Assembly: GCA_965199755.1 (NCBI GenBank)
Contig: CBDASZ010000001.1
Coordinates: 192,001 to 256,000, forward strand
Reading direction: 5' to 3'
DNA: 64,000 nt
Origin: an uncultured candidatus Porisulfidus sp.
GTDB lineage: Bacteria; Pseudomonadota; Gammaproteobacteria; Poriferisulfidales; Poriferisulfidaceae
This document shows, piece after piece, positions 61,731 through 64,000 of this stretch; the first letter of the stretch is position 1, and every line of letters starts with the position of its first letter. The notes below the pieces were generated by a model. It saw only the letters and a program-made list of their open reading frames with translations, was not told the DNA's origin and searched no databases. Both the position numbers and the translations under genes were made by a program.

Positions 61731-62804
61731 TTATTTTATACCATCACGCGCATTCAGATACGCTTTCTCGGAAATGTCCGTCCATTGCTTCACGCTGGCA
61801 TAGAATTTTTGGTAGCTGTCGTGTACGCGGCGGGTGAATTCGGAACTATCAGCCAATTCCGCAATCATCTCCTCGGCGTGGGTGCGCATCACCTGCAGGA
61901 CTTCATCAGGAAACTGCCGCAACTGCACCTTATAGGTGTCAATGAGCATGCGCAGGGCTTCATGGTTATGCGCGACGTAATCGCACATCATGTCCTCATT
62001 GGTGGCGCGCGCGGCCTGGCGCACAATCGCGCGAAGATCGTCCGGCAAAGCCTCAAATGCGGACAGATTGACCAGACATTCGAGCGTGGTTCCGGGCTCG
62101 TGCCAGCCGGGGTAGTAGTAATAGGTCGCGGCGCGATGCAGGCCGAAGGCCAGATCATTCCATGGGCCGACCCACTCCGTGGCGTCGATGGCTCCAGTCT
62201 GCAGTGAGACCAGCAATTCGTTGCCGCTCAAAGTGACCGGAACGCCGCCGGCGCGGCCCAGCACCTCGCCACCCAGCCCTGGGATGCGCATACGCAGCCC
62301 GCGGAGATCTTCAACGCTGTTGATTTCCTTATTAAACCAGCCGCCCATCTGAACCATGGTGTTGCCTGCGGCCAGCGGCAATACGCCGAACGGCGCGTAT
62401 GCTTCTTCCCATAATTCCATGCCGCCCCCCTTGTGCAGCCAGCTGTTCATTTCGTTGGCATTCATGCCAAACGGCATGGTGGAGAAAAACTGAAAGGCCA
62501 GATTCTTGCCTTTCCAGTAATAGGCGGAACCATGGCCCATCTGCGCGGCCCCTTGGCTTACGGCATCGAAAATCTCCAGTGCTGGAACCAGTTCTCCCGC
62601 TCCATACACCTTCACCTGCAAGCGTCCCCCGGACATCTCGCCGATCTGCTGCGCCAGCATTTCCGCGCCGGTGCCAAGACCGGGGAAATTTTTTGGCCAT
62701 GAGGTGACCATCTTCCAGCGCATTGGCTCATCAGCCTTGCTGTGTGTTGCCCAGCCAAGGGATCCGACCGCTGCCGCGGCCCCAAGAAAATCACGTCTTC
62801 GCAT
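61731..62804 (-). CDS. dctP: TRAP substrate-binding protein, TakP-like, Tat-exported
   Basis: MRRRDFL Tat motif, W.MVTSWPKNFPG, QMGGWFNKEI, GL.MRIPGLGG, YYPGWHEP. Confidence 0.9.
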   Translation of the reverse strand: MRRRDFLGAAAAVGSLGWATHSKADEPMRWKMVTSWPKNFPGLGTGAEMLAQQIGEMSGGRLQVKVYGAGELVPALEIFDAVSQGAAQMGHGSAYYWKGKNLAFQFFSTMPFGMNANEMNSWLHKGGGMELWEEAYAPFGVLPLAAGNTMVQMGGWFNKEINSVEDLRGLRMRIPGLGGEVLGRAGGVPVTLSGNELLVSLQTGAIDATEWVGPWNDLAFGLHRAATYYYYPGWHEPGTTLECLVNLSAFEALPDDLRAIVRQAARATNEDMMCDYVAHNHEALRMLIDTYKVQLRQFPDEVLQVMRTHAEEMIAELADSSEFTRRVHDSYQKFYASVKQWTDISEKAYLNARDGIK

Positions 62805-62821
62805 CTGTACTCCTGTTATTC

Positions 62822-64000
62822 CTAGCCCGGCACCAGTTCCAGTTTGGCATAACTGTACATCAGCCATTTCGGGCCCTTGTCCTGAAAATCCACCATCACG
62901 CGCAACTGCGGCGGTCGGCCTTCGTAGCGGGTGATTATGCCTTGTCCGAGCGTTTGATGTGATACCAGCGTGCCGATCTCCGGGACCTCCCATGTGGTGG
63001 TGTCCGGCGGCGGCTTGGGTGCTGGCGCGTAGGTGTTGACTTCCGACGCGGTTTCACGATCAAGGGCGACGTACTCTCTCGGCAACTCAAACAAAAAATC
63101 CGAAGGCATGCTGGCTGCGACGTGCCCGTATTGCCAGCGGCTGTTGGCGAAACTCAAAATCAGTTTCTTCTCCGCGCGCGTCATACCGACATAGCACAGC
63201 CGGCGTTCCTCTTCGGGATCGGAATCCTCCAGCGTCATGGGTAGCAAACCCTGCTCGAACCCGGCGATGAAAACCAGCGGGAACTCCAGTCCTTTGGCCT
63301 TGTGCAGCGTCATCATCTGTACGGCGTCCCCTTCCGTTCCAGCGCTTTCCTCACCGGCATCCAGCACGGTGGTGTCCAGATAAATCTGCAACGGGCTGCG
63401 TTTATCATTGGGTTCCGTATCATGCCGCCATTCAAATTGCGCGGCCGAGTTGACCAGTTCCTTGAGGTTGTCGACGCGCTGCTCGTCCAGTTTCCGGTCC
63501 TGCTCCTGATACATGGCCTGCAGCCCTGAATCCGCCAGTGCGTGGCGTACCGATTCAACCAGTCCGAGTTCGGCAGTTTGTAGGCGCAGCCCTTCGAGCA
63601 GTTCCTGAAATTGGGCGAGCGCCTCGACTCCGCGTCCACCGTTGCCGGCATTCACAAGGGCGCGGCAGGCTGCCGCCAGCGATGTCCCGTCCTGTTGCGC
63701 CTGCTGTCGGACCCGCGCAACCGTGCTGTCTCCGATGCGGCGTGGCGGAATATTGCAGATGCGCGCCCAAGAGACATCGTCATCGGGATTGTGGCACAGA
63801 CGCAGATAAGCCAGCGCGTTTTTAATCTCGGTGCGCTCAAAAAATCGCGTGCCACCGTAAATGCGGTACGGGACGCCTTCGCGCACGAAGCAACTCTCGA
63901 AGTCCCTGGACTGCTGATTGGTGCGGTACAGCAGCGCGCAGTCGCTCCAGCGGCCATGCTGTTGCTGCCATGCCTGAAAGTGTTCGAGGGCGGCTTCAGG
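62822..64000 (-). CDS. uvrD: UvrD/Rep helicase, C-terminal part (runs off the window)
   Basis: LLYRTN.QSR, MTLHKAKGLEFP.VF, EEERRLCYVGMTRA. Confidence 0.93.
   Translation of the reverse strand, partial: PEAALEHFQAWQQQHGRWSDCALLYRTNQQSRDFESCFVREGVPYRIYGGTRFFERTEIKNALAYLRLCHNPDDDVSWARICNIPPRRIGDSTVARVRQQAQQDGTSLAAACRALVNAGNGGRGVEALAQFQELLEGLRLQTAELGLVESVRHALADSGLQAMYQEQDRKLDEQRVDNLKELVNSAAQFEWRHDTEPNDKRSPLQIYLDTTVLDAGEESAGTEGDAVQMMTLHKAKGLEFPLVFIAGFEQGLLPMTLEDSDPEEERRLCYVGMTRAEKKLILSFANSRWQYGHVAASMPSDFLFELPREYVALDRETASEVNTYAPAPKPPPDTTTWEVPEIGTLVSHQTLGQGIITRYEGRPPQLRVMVDFQDKGPKWLMYSYAKLELVPG

Overview
This is a ~60% GC gammaproteobacterial chromosome segment made mostly of core genes: a Fur-boxed fbpABC Fe(III) ABC transporter, ogt, rpsP-rimM-trmD-rplS, tRNA-Ile2 and rpoD, an Irr/Fur-type regulator, cysG-bcp-pduO-moaC-asmA-mutY, murJ-ribF-ileS-lspA, atpIBEFHAGDC-glmU-glmS, cbbQ plus an MMPL transporter, orn, nadB, rpoE-rseA-rseB-degP-lepA, engB, cytochrome c4-dsbA, polA, a split TRAP transporter and a partial uvrD. 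Two lower-GC accessory patches stand out. (1) 23986-26632 is a precisely bounded IS1595-family element with ~23-bp imperfect terminal inverted repeats and an exact 8-bp TAAAAATA target duplication. Its decayed transposase is translationally coupled to an intact DPPY-type DNA methyltransferase and a HaeIII-family endonuclease, and it sits inside a GmrSD (DUF262) type IV restriction gene. (2) 37577-40360, just downstream of glmS, is a defence-like islet with a T5orf172/GIY-YIG protein, an HNH nuclease and a broken AAA-DUF4143 ATPase. Signals missing from the ORF track include a candidate sRNA near polA, a 25-aa membrane microprotein, internally deleted gene relics and a rimM lacking a canonical start codon. 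A 6-TM protein has a speculative opsin-like resemblance. All family assignments come from motif recognition by eye; no database searches were run.
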